This document shows positions 31,901 to 44,885 of a stretch of DNA of 64,000 bases, piece by piece; within the stretch, counting starts at the first letter, position 1; each line of letters starts with the position of its first letter. The translations under genes were made by a program, and so were the position numbers. The notes beneath the pieces are model-generated. The model was given only the letters and a program-made list of their open reading frames with translations. It had not been told where the DNA came from and searched no databases. Origin of the DNA: Eledone cirrhosa (lineage: Eukaryota); the NCBI GenBank assembly GCA_964016885.1, contig OZ024741.1:404240001-404304000 (forward strand). Reading direction: 5' to 3'.

Positions 31901-34900
31901 ACACTACCACAACCACCACCACCAACAGCGCCAACACCACTACAACCACCACTACCAACACCACCACAACCACCACCACCAACAGCGCCAACACCACTAC
32001 AACCACCACTACCAACACCACTACAACCACCAATACCAACAGCGCCAACACCACTACAACCACAACTACCAACACCACCACAGCCACCACTACCAACACC
32101 ACCACAACCACCACCACCAACAGCGCCAACACCACTACAACCACCACTACCAACACCACCACAACCACCACCAACAACAGCGCCAACACCACTACAACCA
32201 CCACTACCAACACCACTACAACCACCACTACCAACATCCCCACAGCCACCACTACCAACAGCGCCAACGCCACCCCAACCACCACTACCAACACCACCAC
32301 AACCACCACCACCAACAGCGCCAACACCACTACAACCACCACTACCAACACCACCACAGCCACCACTAACAACACCACCACAACCACCACTACCAACAGC
32401 GCCAACACCACTACAACCACCACTACCATCACCACCACAACCACCACAACCAACAGCGCCAACACCACTACCAACAGCACTACAACCACCACTACCAACA
32501 CCACCACAACCACCACCACCAATAGCGCCAACACCACTACAAGCACCACTACCAACACCACCACAACCACCACCACCAACAGCGCCAACACCACTACAAC
32601 CACCACTACCATCACCACCACAACCACCACTACCAACAGCGCCAACACCACTACAACCACCACTACCAACACCACCACAACCACCATCACCAAAAGCGCC
32701 AACACCACTACAACCACCACTACCAACACCACCACAGCCACCACTACCAACAGCGCCAACACCACCCCAACCACCACTACCAAGACCACCACAGCCACCA
32801 CTACCAACACCACCACAACCACCACTACCAACAGCGCCAACACCACCACAACCACCACTACCATCATCACCACAACCACCACTACCAACACCACCACAGC
32901 CACCACTACCAACAGCGCCAACACCACCCCAACCATCACTACCAACACCACCACAGCCACCACTATCAACACCACCACAGCCACCACTACCACAACCACC
33001 ACTACCAACACCACCTCAAACACCACTACCAACAGCGCCAACACCACCACAACCACCACTACCAACTTCGCCAGCACCAACACAACCACCACTACCAACA
33101 CCACCACAACCACCGTCACCAACACCACCACAACCACCACTACCAACTTCGCCAGCACCACCACAACCACCACTACCAACACCACCACAACCACCATCAC
33201 CAACACCACCACAACCACCACTACCAACAGCGCCAACACCACCACAACCACCACTACCAACACCACCACAACCACCATCACCAACACCACCACAACCACC
33301 ACTATCATCTTCGCCAGCACCACCACAACCACCACTACCAACACCACCACAACCACCAATACCAACACCACCACAACCACCACTACCAACACCACCACAA
33401 CCACCACTACCATCACCACCACAATCATCACTACCAACTTCGCCAGCACCACCACAACCACCACTACCAACACCACCACAACCACCACTACCATCACCAC
33501 CACAACTACCACTACCAACACCACCACAACCACCACTACCAACATCGCCAGCACCACCACAACTACCACTACCAACCCCACCACAACCAACACCACCACA
33601 ACCACCACAACCACCACTACCAACACCACCACAACCACCACTACCATCACCACTACAACCACCACTACCAACTTCGCCAGCACCACCACAACAACCACTA
33701 CCAACACCACCACAACCACCACTACCAACACCACCACAACCACCCCCTACCAACACCACCACAACCACCACTACCAACACCACCACAACTACCACTACCA
33801 ACACCACCACAACCACCACTACCAACCCCACCACTACCAACCCCACCACTACCAACCCCACCACAACCACCACTACCAACACCACCACAACCACCACTAC
33901 TAACACCACCACAACTACCACTACCGACACCACCACAACCAACCCCACCACAACCACCACTACCAACACCACCACAACCACCCCCTACCAACACCACCAC
34001 AACCACCACTACCAACACCACCACAACTACCACTACCAACACCACCACAACCACCACTACCAACACCACCACTACCAACCCCACCACAACCACCACTACC
34101 AACACCAACACAGCCACCACTACCAACACCACCACAACCACCACTACCAACACCCCCACAATCTCCTACTACCAACATCGCCATCACCACCACAACCACC
34201 ACTACCAACACCACCACAACCACCACTACTAACACCACCACAACTACCACTACCAACACCACCACAACCACCACTACCAACACCACCACTACCAACCCCA
34301 CCACAACCACCACTACCAACACCAACACAGCCACCACTACCAACACCACCACAAACACCACTACCAACACCACCACAACCACCACTACCAACACCACCAC
34401 AACCACCACTACCAACACCACCACAACCACCACTACCAACACCACCACAACCACCACTACCAACAGCGCCAGCACCACTACAACCACCACTACCAACTCC
34501 ACCACAGCCACCACTACCAACACCACCACAACCACCACTACCAACAGCGCCAACACCACTACAACCACCACTACCAACACCACCACAACCACCACTACCA
34601 ACACCACCACAACCACCACTACCAACACCACCACAACCACCACTACCAACACCACCACAACCACCACTACCAACAGCGCCAGCACCACTACAACCACCAC
34701 TACCAACTCCACCACAGCCACCACTACCAACACCACCACAACCACCACTACCAACAGCGCCAACACCACTACAACCACCACTACCAACACCACCACAGCC
34801 ACCACTACCAACACCACCACGACCACCACTACAAACAACGCCAGCACCACTACAACCACCACTACCAACACCACCACAACCACCACTACCAACTGCGCCA

Positions 34901-36661
34901 ACACTACCACAACCACCACTACCAACACCACCACAGCCACCACTACCATCACCACCACGACCACCACTACAAACAGCGCCAGCACCACTACAACCACCAC
35001 TACCAACACCACCACAACCACCACTACCAACAGCGCCAACACCACCACAACCACCACTACCAACAGCGCCAACACCACCACAACCACCACTACCAACACC
35101 ACCACAACCACCCCCTACCAACACCACCACAACCACCACTACCAACACCACCACAACTACCACTACCAACACCACCACAACCACCACTACCAACCCCACC
35201 ACTACCAACCCCACCACTACCAACCCCACCACAACCACCACTACGAACACCACCACAGCCACCACTACCAACACCACCACAACCACCACTACCAACACCA
35301 CCACAACCACCACTACCAACAGCGCCAACACCACCACTACAAACAGCGCCAACACCACTACAACCACCACTACCAACACCACCACAGCCACCACTACCAA
35401 CACCACCACAGCCACCACTACCAACACCACCACGACCACCACTACAAACAACGCCAGCACCACTACAACCACCACTACCAACACCACCACAACCACCACT
35501 ACCAACTGCGCCAACACCACCACAACCACCACTACCAACACCACCACAGCCACCACTACCATCACCACCACGACCACCACTACAAACAGCGCCAGCACCA
35601 CTACAACCACCACTACCAACACCACCACAACCACCACTACCAACAGCGCCAACACCACCACAACCACCACTACGAACACCACCACAGCCACCACTACCAA
35701 CACTACCACAACCACCACTACCAACACCACCACAACCACCACTACCAACAGCGCCAACACCACCACTACAAACAGCGCCAACACCACTACAACCACCACT
35801 ACCAACACCACCACAGCCACCACTACCAACACCACCACGACCACCACTACAAACAACGCCAGCACCACTACAACCACCACTACCAACACCACCACAACCA
35901 CCACTACCAACAGCGCCAACACCACCACAACCACCACTACCAACACCACTACAGCCACCACTACCATCACCACCACGACCACCACTACAAACAGCGCCAA
36001 CACCACTACAACCACCACTACCAACACCACCACAACCACCACTACCAACAGCGCCAACACCACTACAACCACCACTACCAACACCACTACAACCACCACT
36101 ACCAACAGCGCCAACACCACTAAAACCACCACTACCAATACCACCACAGCCACCACTACCATCACCACCACGACCACCACTACAAACAGCGCCAACACCA
36201 CTACAACCACCACTACCATCACCACCACGACCACCACTACAAACAGCGCCAGCACCACTACAACCACCACTACCAACACCACCACAACCACCACTACCAA
36301 CAGCGCCAACACCACCACAACCACCACTACCAACACCACCACAGCCACCACTACCAACACCACCACAGCCACCACTACCAACACCATCACAACCACCACT
36401 ACCAACAGCGCCAGCACCACTACAAACACCACTACCAACACCACCACAACCACCACTACCAACACCACCACAACCACCACTACCAACAGCGCCAACACCA
36501 CCACACCCACCACTACCAACAGCGCCAACACCACCACAACCACCACTACCAACAGCGCCAACACCACCACAACCACCACTACCAACTGCGCAATCACAAC
36601 TATCACAACCAACACCACTATAACCACCACTACCAACCCCACCATCACCACTACTACTACA
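19901..36661. repeat. 17-kb array of 24-bp (ACCACCACTACCAACACCACCACA) and 33-bp (plus AACAGCGCC) units; reads TTTTNTTT/NSA on + and GGCGGVGS or poly-Val on -
   Basis: Direct read. About ten single-base register shifts are seen (near 20650, 21260, 21690, 21960, 23562, 30490, 33745, 33983, 34165, 35113), plus an internal 1680-bp tandem duplication. Confidence 0.97.
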
Positions 36662-36925
36662 TCCGCCATTATACAGTCAGCTTTCTGTTCTTAACATGTC
36701 TTCCTATCTCTGCAACCTATCTGTCGGCTCATTAATCAAATGAAGACCGCCAGTCATCGAATATATGAGTCAGGAACCCTCAAATCACCCAGCCTGGTTC
36801 AATGATGGGAAAATCTAGTGAAATTCGAATTAGGTGAAAGGAAAGTTTAGATTGAATATAAGGAAAATGTTTAATAGGCAACGATAATTATGAAGTTATT
36901 TAAATATTTAAAAGATATGGCGAGG

Positions 36926-37034
36926 GCAGTGGCTTGGCAGAACCGATACAGCCTCGGATAAATCCTTTCCAGTTCAAATCCGACTGAGACCAACTTTACA
37001 TTTCCTCCGTCTCAAGTCGCGAAAATAAAATGAG
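36926..37034 (+). mobile_element. Degenerate SINE family A copy
   Basis: A-box-like TGGCAGAACCG and B box AGTTCAAATCC, followed by a decayed core. Confidence 0.6.
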
Positions 37035-37103
37035 CGAAGAAGAAGAAGTAGTGATGTGTTTGTTTTGCAAGTTTTTTGTATGTATGAAACAAACTTTATT
37101 ATA

Positions 37104-37303
37104 CTGGCAGTATCTGTAGAAGGTCGGACGCCATGCATTGACGCATAGAGTTACGGCCCTTGCCATTCTGAGTTCAAATCCCGTCGAGGTTAACTTTGCC
37201 TTTCATCCTTAGGGGGTCGATAAAATAAAGTACCAGTCACACACTGTACCAGTAATGCACCGGGTAATTGCTGGCCCTGTGCCTATTGTAGAAACAATTA
37301 TTA
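37104..37303 (+). mobile_element. tRNA-derived SINE (family A)
   Basis: TGGCAGTATCTG (A box), GAGTTCAAATCC (B box), core GCCTTTCATCCTTAGGGGGTCGATAAAATAAAGTACCAG (recalled as resembling the Meta/MESC SINE domain; not verified) and tail TTGCTGGCCCTGTGCC..GAAACAATTATT. Confidence 0.92.
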
Positions 37304-37421
37304 TATCTGGGGGAGGTCATGGTGTCTTAATATTGCCAAAAAATAGTAAAGCACACTTGCTGTTTGGTTTAGTTTTCGCTTCAGTTTCAGACTTTACGTA
37401 AATATATATATATATATATAT

Positions 37422-37780
37422 GTCGTTTCTGAATTTGTTTAGCAAGATTCTTTATCTGAAAACGTGTGTTGAAACCGATATTGTTATACTTTAGGAGGGT
37501 CATGTTGCCAATAAGAAACACACGCACCATAAGTTTCACTTCAATTTATTATAAATTAAATTAATAAATTTAGGAATTTATAAATTTCCGGTTGGTTGGT
37601 TGGTTCCATAACCAGACGATTGTTCATATATTGTCAAAGTTCTTTCGTCACACATTCTGTGACCTCTTCAGTGACTGGGGATTCTTTTCTTCGTTTTTGT
37701 GCCTCTCCTTTGTTCTGTCCTACGCCATCTTGTTTTTGTGTTTCTTATTGGCAACATGGCCCTCCCAACGTATAACAATA
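37422..37780. mobile_element. Fold-back Penelope-like fragment, family S
   Basis: Inverted repeat 37480-37521 / 37739-37780 (TATTGTTATAC..GGAGGGTCATGTTGCCAATAAGAAACACA) flanked by (TA)n. Same family as 46769-47813. Internal hammerhead motif. Confidence 0.65.
37633..37675 (-). ncRNA. Minimal type I hammerhead ribozyme motif (family S)
   Basis: - strand: GUCA CUGAAGA G GUCACA GAAUG UGUGAC GAAA GAAC UU UGAC. Stem I GUCA/UGAC, 6-bp stem II, one extra nucleotide after A9. Confidence 0.7.
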
Positions 37781-37837
37781 TATATATATATATTTCTGCA
37801 AAATATTAATAAATATAGACATTCATGTGATCAAATA

Positions 37838-37903
37838 TATTTTATTATAAATATTTCAGATATACTGAGCTATTTCAAAAGTACGTCCTCATCAGATAAA
37901 ATA
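37838..37903 (-). ncRNA. Minimal type I hammerhead ribozyme motif (family T)
   Basis: - strand: UAUUUUAU CUGAUGA GGACGUACU...AGUAUAUCU GAAA UAUUUA UA AUAAAAUA, with a perfect 8-bp stem I. A tandem second copy (38046-38161) has lost part of the core. Confidence 0.7.
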
Positions 37904-38184
37904 AGTTGATACCTGACATACGTTGACTATGTTGATGGTTATAATTTAGTCGTATATATATTTAGTCCAGAATTCGACGTCGAAACGGCTTGAGCTCTGC
38001 CGTCGGGGTCATACTTGTTCCTATATATATATATATATTAATTTAAAATATTAACAACATAGATATTCTTGTGATCATGTATATTTTATTATACATATTT
38101 CAGAGGTACTGAGTTAACTTCAACAGTACGTCCTCATAAAATAAGATGATGCATGACATACCCTGACATGGGAGAATATGACAA

Positions 38185-38238
<54 letters not shown>

Positions 38239-38358
38239 AAGTTATATTTAAAAATTGTTGGGTTACAACTAGTAAATATTTATAAAAGCACTCGACAAAT
38301 ATTTGGAGTATATTTACAATATTAAATAAATGGAAAACTATATTTATAAAACCATATT

Positions 38359-38424
38359 TATTTCATTATATATATTTCGGGGATATCATATTAACAATAT
38401 GCTATGCCTTCATCAGACAAAATA
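38359..38424 (-). ncRNA. Minimal hammerhead ribozyme motif (family U, left arm)
   Basis: Reverse complement of 39202-39267. Confidence 0.72.
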
Positions 38425-38784
38425 CAATATAAACAGTTTTATAGATAAATATATTCGACATACCGTGATAAACATCGACTTCATTTGAAGAGGTTTACGC
38501 TAGCAGTGAAAATACAGAGAGAAAGAAAGAGAGAAAAAAAAGAGAGAAAAAAGAAAGAAAGACAAAACGAAGAAAAGGAAGAAAAAGAAGAAAAAGAAAA
38601 AGAAGAAATGCATGGAACAAAATAGAGAGATGGAAAAATAGATAAAGCGAAGAGCTTCATGTAAAGAAACAGAAAGAGATATATATATATAGAGAGAGAG
38701 GAAATAGCGATAGATACATATATATATATAGAAAATTAGATAGTGGGAGGTCATTTTGAGTAAGTGTATCAATGATACATATAT

Positions 38785-38815
<31 letters not shown>

Positions 38816-39201
38816 GCTCAAGTATTAATGTAAGGGAGATATATAGAGAGATATAGAGAGATATAGAGAGAGAAAAAAAATTTAAAAATAGCCAGACATA
38901 TTCGAGGCGTAGAAAACCCTATGTTTTAATGTATTAGTATTTATAAAACTTACACTATATTGTAAGTATCAGTATTCCTGAATGAAACAAGTCCATCTCT
39001 CTATTTTGTTCCATGCATTTCTTCTTTTTCTTTTTCTTCTTTTTCTTCCTTTTCTTCGTTTTGTCTTTCTTTCTTTTTTCTCTCTTTTTTTTCTCTCTTT
39101 CATTCTCTCTGTATTTTCACTGCTAGCGTAAACCTCTTCAAATGAAGTCGATGTTTATCACGGTATGTCGAATATATTTATCTATAAAACTGTTTATATT
39201 G

Positions 39202-39267
39202 TATTTTGTCTGATGAAGGCATAGCATATTGTTAATATGATATCCCCGAAATATATATAATGAAATA
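39202..39267 (+). ncRNA. Minimal hammerhead ribozyme motif (family U, right arm)
   Basis: UAUUUUGU CUGAUGA (39210-16), stem II with CAUAUU/AAUAUG, GAAA (39248-51), UAUAUA UA, AUGAAAUA. Stem I is 8 bp with 2 G-U pairs; stem III is the palindrome AUAUAUAU. Confidence 0.72.
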
Positions 39268-39305
39268 AATATGGTTTTATAAATATAGTTTTCCATTTAT
39301 TTAAT

Positions 39306-39340
<35 letters not shown>

Positions 39341-39342
<2 letters not shown>

Positions 39343-39544
39343 CAAAGAAAGTGTGGTAAGGAACCAGGTGGACCATAACGCACCAGAGTACTCCATACTT
39401 AGGTAGTAGAGTGTGTAATAGGAAATGAGTCAGGACCCCGACGGCTGAGTTCCGGCCGTTTCACAGCTAGCTCTGAATACTGCTTGGTTAGTTCGGATCT
39501 AGCTGTCGAAACGGCCGGAGCTCAGCCGTCGGGGTCCTGACTCT

Positions 39545-39550
<6 letters not shown>
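39341..39550. mobile_element. Fold-back element family P (copy 1)
   Basis: Tail GTGGTAAGGAACCAGGTGGACCATAACGCACCAGAGTAC plus inverted arms GAGTCAGGACCCCGACGGC / GCCGTCGGGGTCCTGACTC, with (TA)n on both sides. Confidence 0.85.
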
Positions 39551-39582
<32 letters not shown>

Positions 39583-39651
39583 AAAAAGGGATGAAATCGA
39601 AAATGCAACTGAAGTCTTATTTTTAAAAAAAATATATATATTTATTTGGTT

Positions 39652-39689
39652 CCTTTACCGGTTTCGCAGTTCTTCTGCTTTTCAAAAGG
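39652..39689 (-). ncRNA. 38-nt minimal hammerhead ribozyme with U3-A8 core (family V)
   Basis: - strand: CCUU UUGAAAA GCAG AAGAA CUGC GAAA CCGG UA AAGG. All stems pair perfectly; stem III is the palindrome ACCGGU; cleavage triplet GUA. Confidence 0.8.
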
Positions 39690-39728
39690 TGAGTTGAGAT
39701 GGAGGGTCTGTGGTTTTTCTCACATCTC

Positions 39729-39793
<65 letters not shown>

Positions 39794-40263
39794 ATATATT
39801 CGATTTGTGTTGTTTTTGCATTCTTGCAAAAATATACACAACTGAATTCATTCGCCTGATATAGGGGTTGCCTCCCTTGCCGATCCCCACGGGGTATCAG
39901 CAATAGTCAGTCCTTTTATTAACATCGAACTAAAACCTGTTGAGAAAGTGGCTTCCTTGTTCAATCATCTTACCAGAAGCCGGACAGTACTTGATTTAGG
40001 AGCCGCAGAAACCCAAATACTGGATTTTACCAACCTTCCAGGGGTCCGGGTAAATTTTCAATCATAGATATTTTTTATTTGTTTGACCCGAATTACTTGA
40101 TCGTATTTTTGGCTATGCGAATGATTGTTTAACCAGCGTCTCAGTGTGTTTGGTCTTTAACGTTTGTTATAGCTCTGGTTCATCTGAATCATTGAGCACT
40201 TGCCACGGAGGTTGTTTTTCGTAATTTCGTGAGCCGAAATGCGATTCTCGATAATTTATGTTT

Positions 40264-40332
<69 letters not shown>

Positions 40333-40334
40333 TA

Positions 40335-40460
40335 TCTCGGGTTCAATCGGGGGTAACCACAGTAAGTAGGGTAGTCAATACATAGTAGAGTATATTCAAT
40401 ATAGAAATGGCTTCTCCAGAACTAGAACTGTTTCATTCGGGAGAAATCATCAGGGAAGCC
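40335..40460 (-). mobile_element. Family Q arm with a degenerate full-size hammerhead at 40409-40460
   Basis: - strand: GGCUUCC CUGAUGA UUUC UCCC GAAU GAAA CAG-loop-CUG GA GAAGCC. The UH site is mutated here but reads UA in the 60221 and 54852 copies. Confidence 0.7.
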
Positions 40461-40655
40461 AACTGTGAATGTAATATAGTGGTATTTATACATTTTCTGG
40501 TGGTAGGAGAGGGTGGTGATATATATATATATATTTCACACGGAACACTCCCCTGGAAATTTCTCCTGTTCCTTTTGCTGCTACACATACACACAGATAT
40601 ACATATGTATACATATATATACAAATATATATATATGTGTGTGTGCGTGTGTGTG

Positions 40656-40728
<73 letters not shown>

Positions 40729-42170
40729 ATGAGTAGTGTGTTAGTGTGTGAAGGTGTATATTAATGAGTGAATTTATATGTATTGTTAATATCTGTGAGT
40801 GAATGAAAGAATTATATATTATCAACAAAGACCATCAGAGAGCAATCAGAAATTTAACAATATTTCCAATGAATCCGGTCTTATATGAGACAATATAAAC
40901 AGACTCTGCTAAGTTCAAACGAGCCTGTGTTTGGTTTAGCCTTTCCGCCAATATCGCCATAATTAGTAGCAATCTGAAGTTGATTTAATCGATTTTACTC
41001 TTTATATCCACTGACTTTGATCTTCTCAAAAGTGTTTCATGTGAATATAAGTTTGCTTTACATAGTATTGAGAAGCATTTTATTTCTAATTCATCTTCCA
41101 TGTTTGTCATTATGTTAGTATGTTAGTATGTTCATTTCAACATATGCCTTCATTAATCCATTAATTTATTTATTTCTCTTTCCTCTTTCCACCTAGAGAG
41201 AAGGGGAATTAACAAGGGAGATGATTCTAAGTGTTTGAATGACGTTTAGAAGTTTCAATCAAGCCTAGAAATTTTAAATTTGAAGCGTCTTAACCAAAAC
41301 CATAAACACACACAGCTGGAAAGTCTTTGATGGTAGTTCTTTGATGATGATGAATTAGGGTTGATCTGTATCAAAATAGCCACAACAATATAGCAATACA
41401 ATAACTGAGAAAATGATTGTACCATTACATTGTGCAATAAATTTGCCAATATAGCAGAGAAAGCACCGTTAGGTTCTGCTCTGTCGTTTTAAAAGGAAGA
41501 CACATTAGATACTGTAGACGTGAACATATAGAATGACCACAATCATCTATGATCATTGAACTGCTCTATCAAGGCCGACTTTCATCTAAACAGCACGAAC
41601 AGCAACACTTATTTGTTTTACACATCTATGGGGATTCTATTTTAGCAACTAGAGGTAAGAAACTCTCAGGAGATCTGTCAACAGAAGGTGTTCAGAGAAG
41701 GACCCACCCCGCCCCAAGCGAGTGTTTTGGGAACAAATCTATTTACAATATCAAGCATATATTTTTGCGGTGATATTCTAAAATAACTTATAACTGTCGA
41801 TATATTATTTCTCTGGTATATTTTAACAAATTGAAAGTTCTAACTCCAAGCCAATGATGTCTGACATGTTGCGAGGTTAAAGTGCTCCACGATTCGGAAT
41901 TTTATCGTTCATCTTGGAGTGAAGAAGAGAGTCAGAAATTAATGTTTTTTCCTTGGCTTGTGAATAAATAAATGATAAAGGAGTAAGGCCCGAAACGATA
42001 GATTCTTTACGCCCGACAGCAATTACAATTATTAAATCCTTCTATGAATTTCATTATGGATTAAATGTTGCAGTCACAGACCACTACTAATTTCCCGGTA
42101 TCTTTATTTTACCATGTCATTTGTGTAACTTAATTCAGATGTCAATCCTCACCTAATTATGGTATATGGT

Positions 42171-42379
42171 GGTTTCTGTTTAAGCACAAGGGATAACATT
42201 TGGGTAGGGAGGGGAAAATAAATTAGATCGACCCTAGTGCGTTACTGGTGATGTATATTATCGACCTCGTAAGGAAGAAAGGCAAAGCTAACCTTGGCGG
42301 GATTTGAACCCAGGACGTAAAGGACCGTAACTATATGCCACAAAGCATGTTGTCCCACACTCTACCGATACTATCAATC
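42171..42379 (-). mobile_element. SINE family A
   Basis: Tail, core, B box (GGATTTGAACC) and head all align to the other copies. Confidence 0.85.
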
Positions 42380-42522
42380 GAAAGTTTTCCACTTGCTATA
42401 TAGTAGTTCTACGGTAAAATCGTAAATGATTTCAATGCGTTAATTCTGGGTGCAGGTTTGTTATAGTTTGGGTCACAAGTGATTCGGCAAAACAGGTAAC
42501 CACGTCGTTAGGTTAGCTTACA

Positions 42523-42697
42523 TAATTGTTTCTACTTTTGGCACAAGGCCAGCAATTATCCCAGTTTATTACTGGTACTTTATTTTATGGACCCCATAAG
42601 GATGAAAGACAAAGTTAACCTCGGCGGGATTTGAACTCAGACCATAAAGGGACGTAACTCTTTGCTGCAAAGCATGACATCCGACCATCTACCGATA
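42523..42697 (-). mobile_element. SINE family A
   Basis: AATTGTTTCTACTTTTGGCACAAGGCCAGCAATT...GGGATTTGAACTCAG...CTACCGATA. Confidence 0.88.
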
Positions 42698-44087
42698 ACA
42701 TTTAACTGGAAATCTTACGTATTAGCTCATTTATGAGCGGTATTGTAGTAATTTTGGCGAATATGGAAGAACATGTTTTATATAATTCGCTCTTCAGAAA
42801 TATCATTGAGGACGTAAGCGACTTGCGATGGACTGGCCTTCTGTCCAGGGAAGGGAGACATGTACTAAATCGCTAAACACCACGGAGACCCACATAAGAC
42901 CGGTCTATTGAGCCTCCGGGCTCCAGCCAGACGAAGGGAACTAAATGTACACCCTGAAATAGCGATAAGAGAAGCATTAAACACTTTTGAAACATCGTAC
43001 ATGTTACTGTTTGTTTTCTTTCCAGCGCGACATTTAGTTGGTATCTATGATATGATATCACGTAGGAAAGCAGACTGTTCACAATTTTAATAGTAGTAAA
43101 AGTAAAGACAATATTTCTGGAAGAAACTAAAACAAGTAACATATATTTACATTTGTCAGTGTTTTCATGAGAGTTCATCAGACAAAAATAGAGAACAATA
43201 GATAAGTGAAAATCTGATTAAAGAAAAATAGAAGCCGATATATCATATATATCATATTGTTTTAGAGATTGTTTCAAATAAACTTACTTAACACACACAC
43301 ACATACATATGTATACACACACACACATGTATGTTCTTCTGGTTTTATAATTTCACAAATGTTTACCAATAGAGAGAGAGTCGGTTTCTAAAATAGACAC
43401 AAGACTCTCTCATTGGAATTTACACAACATCAACTAGGTAGATATGTATGTATGCATGCATGTGTAGATATGGATGTTATTGTATGTGTGCATGTGTATA
43501 TGCTTTGTTTCTGTACATGTGTATATGCAGTTATTAGATGCAAAATTTTTGGAATGTTTAACATATTTCTACTGTTCCATTAATGGATTGTACTTGTATG
43601 TATGTATGTATGTATGCATGTATGAATACATTTCTGGTTATAGCTACTGTCGCTCAGAGAGTGGGGTTGGCTCAGTGCACAGTCTTTCCTCACTTTAAAA
43701 AATATCTTCCCGCACAGGCATTGTACGATAGACTGACAAACAGACAGACACAGATTTAAAGGCATTTATAAAGAAATACTTCACACTTAAAATGTTCAGT
43801 AGGATTATTCCCACGATATGTTTTTTAAATACCTTAAAATTAGAAACAAATTTACATACACATATGCCCTCACGTACATACATACACAAAAACATACATA
43901 AATGCATAAACGCATACATACATAGATACATAGACACATATCATACACACCTGCATATATCATATGTATGACCTTACAAGCATACATACATAATTACTTA
44001 TAGAGATACATGTATATACGGATACATGTATGCATGAATACATGCATACAACCATATATACATTCTTTCATACATACATAAACACAT

Positions 44088-44124
<37 letters not shown>

Positions 44125-44814
44125 CACACAAAAACACACACACACACATAAAACATCCACACAAAACATAAACGGTAAACAAGTCAAGCCATCCAATGGA
44201 TTTGTCTATCTGTTGCTCACCAGTCTTCTTTTATTTATATATATATATATATATTTATTTATTTATTTTATTATTTATTTATTTATTTTATTTATTCATT
44301 TATTCATTTATTTTATTATTTATTTGTTTATTTATTTAATTATTTATTTATTCAATTATTTATTTTATTATTTATTTGTTTATTTCCTCTCATGCAACCG
44401 ATGACTCAAACAGGTTGTAAGAAGGAGGGGGGGGGGGGGGGTTATAAGATCTGGAAATTCACCTCACAGCCCGATTGTACTGTGGCAAATGCATGATTCA
44501 TGCATCTCACCTCGGCGAACTCCCTCAATCAATATAGCATAGGAAAGAAGTATTATTATTTTCAGGCAACAGCTAATCACATTTCAAACTTTCTCCTTTA
44601 TTATACAGCCTGCTGTTAAAGGAGTGGGCGGCGGCGGCCCTCTATTTTGTTGATATTTTCTTTAGTAGAGAATCAATGCTAAGGGATGATGTTGGATGGG
44701 TGTGTGTGTGTGTGTGTGTGAGTGTGTGTGGAGGTATGGGCGTTTGTGTGTGCATGTGTGTGTTAGCCTGTGTGAATGTGTGTGCACATTTGTATCTCTC
44801 TATCTATCTATCTA

Positions 44815-44883
<69 letters not shown>

Positions 44884-44885
<2 letters not shown>

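Larger units (their letters stand above)
38236..39311. mobile_element. Fold-back Penelope-like element, family U, between (TA)n tracts
   Basis: Near-identical ~320-bp inverted arms at 38313-38634 and 38992-39311. The left arm has an extra ~77-bp tail. Each arm contains a hammerhead motif. Confidence 0.85.

Noticed and set aside
1-36661. True telomeric repeat
   Set aside because: No (CCCTAA)n or (TTAGGG)n tract is present; only the strand polarity is telomere-like.
19856-36669. Poly-Val ORFs of up to 2296 aa on the - strand
   Set aside because: They are translation artefacts of (GGT/GTG)-rich repeats with GTG/TTG pseudo-starts and are not plausible proteins.
37104-37185. tRNA-like A and B boxes (also at 52930-52986 and other SINE heads)
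   Set aside because: No complete cloverleaf could be drawn, and each is followed by a SINE core and tail.
41161-41260. Polypyrimidine tract plus AG resembling a splice acceptor
   Set aside because: All three frames hit stops within ~55 nt, and no convincing donor or recognisable protein follows.
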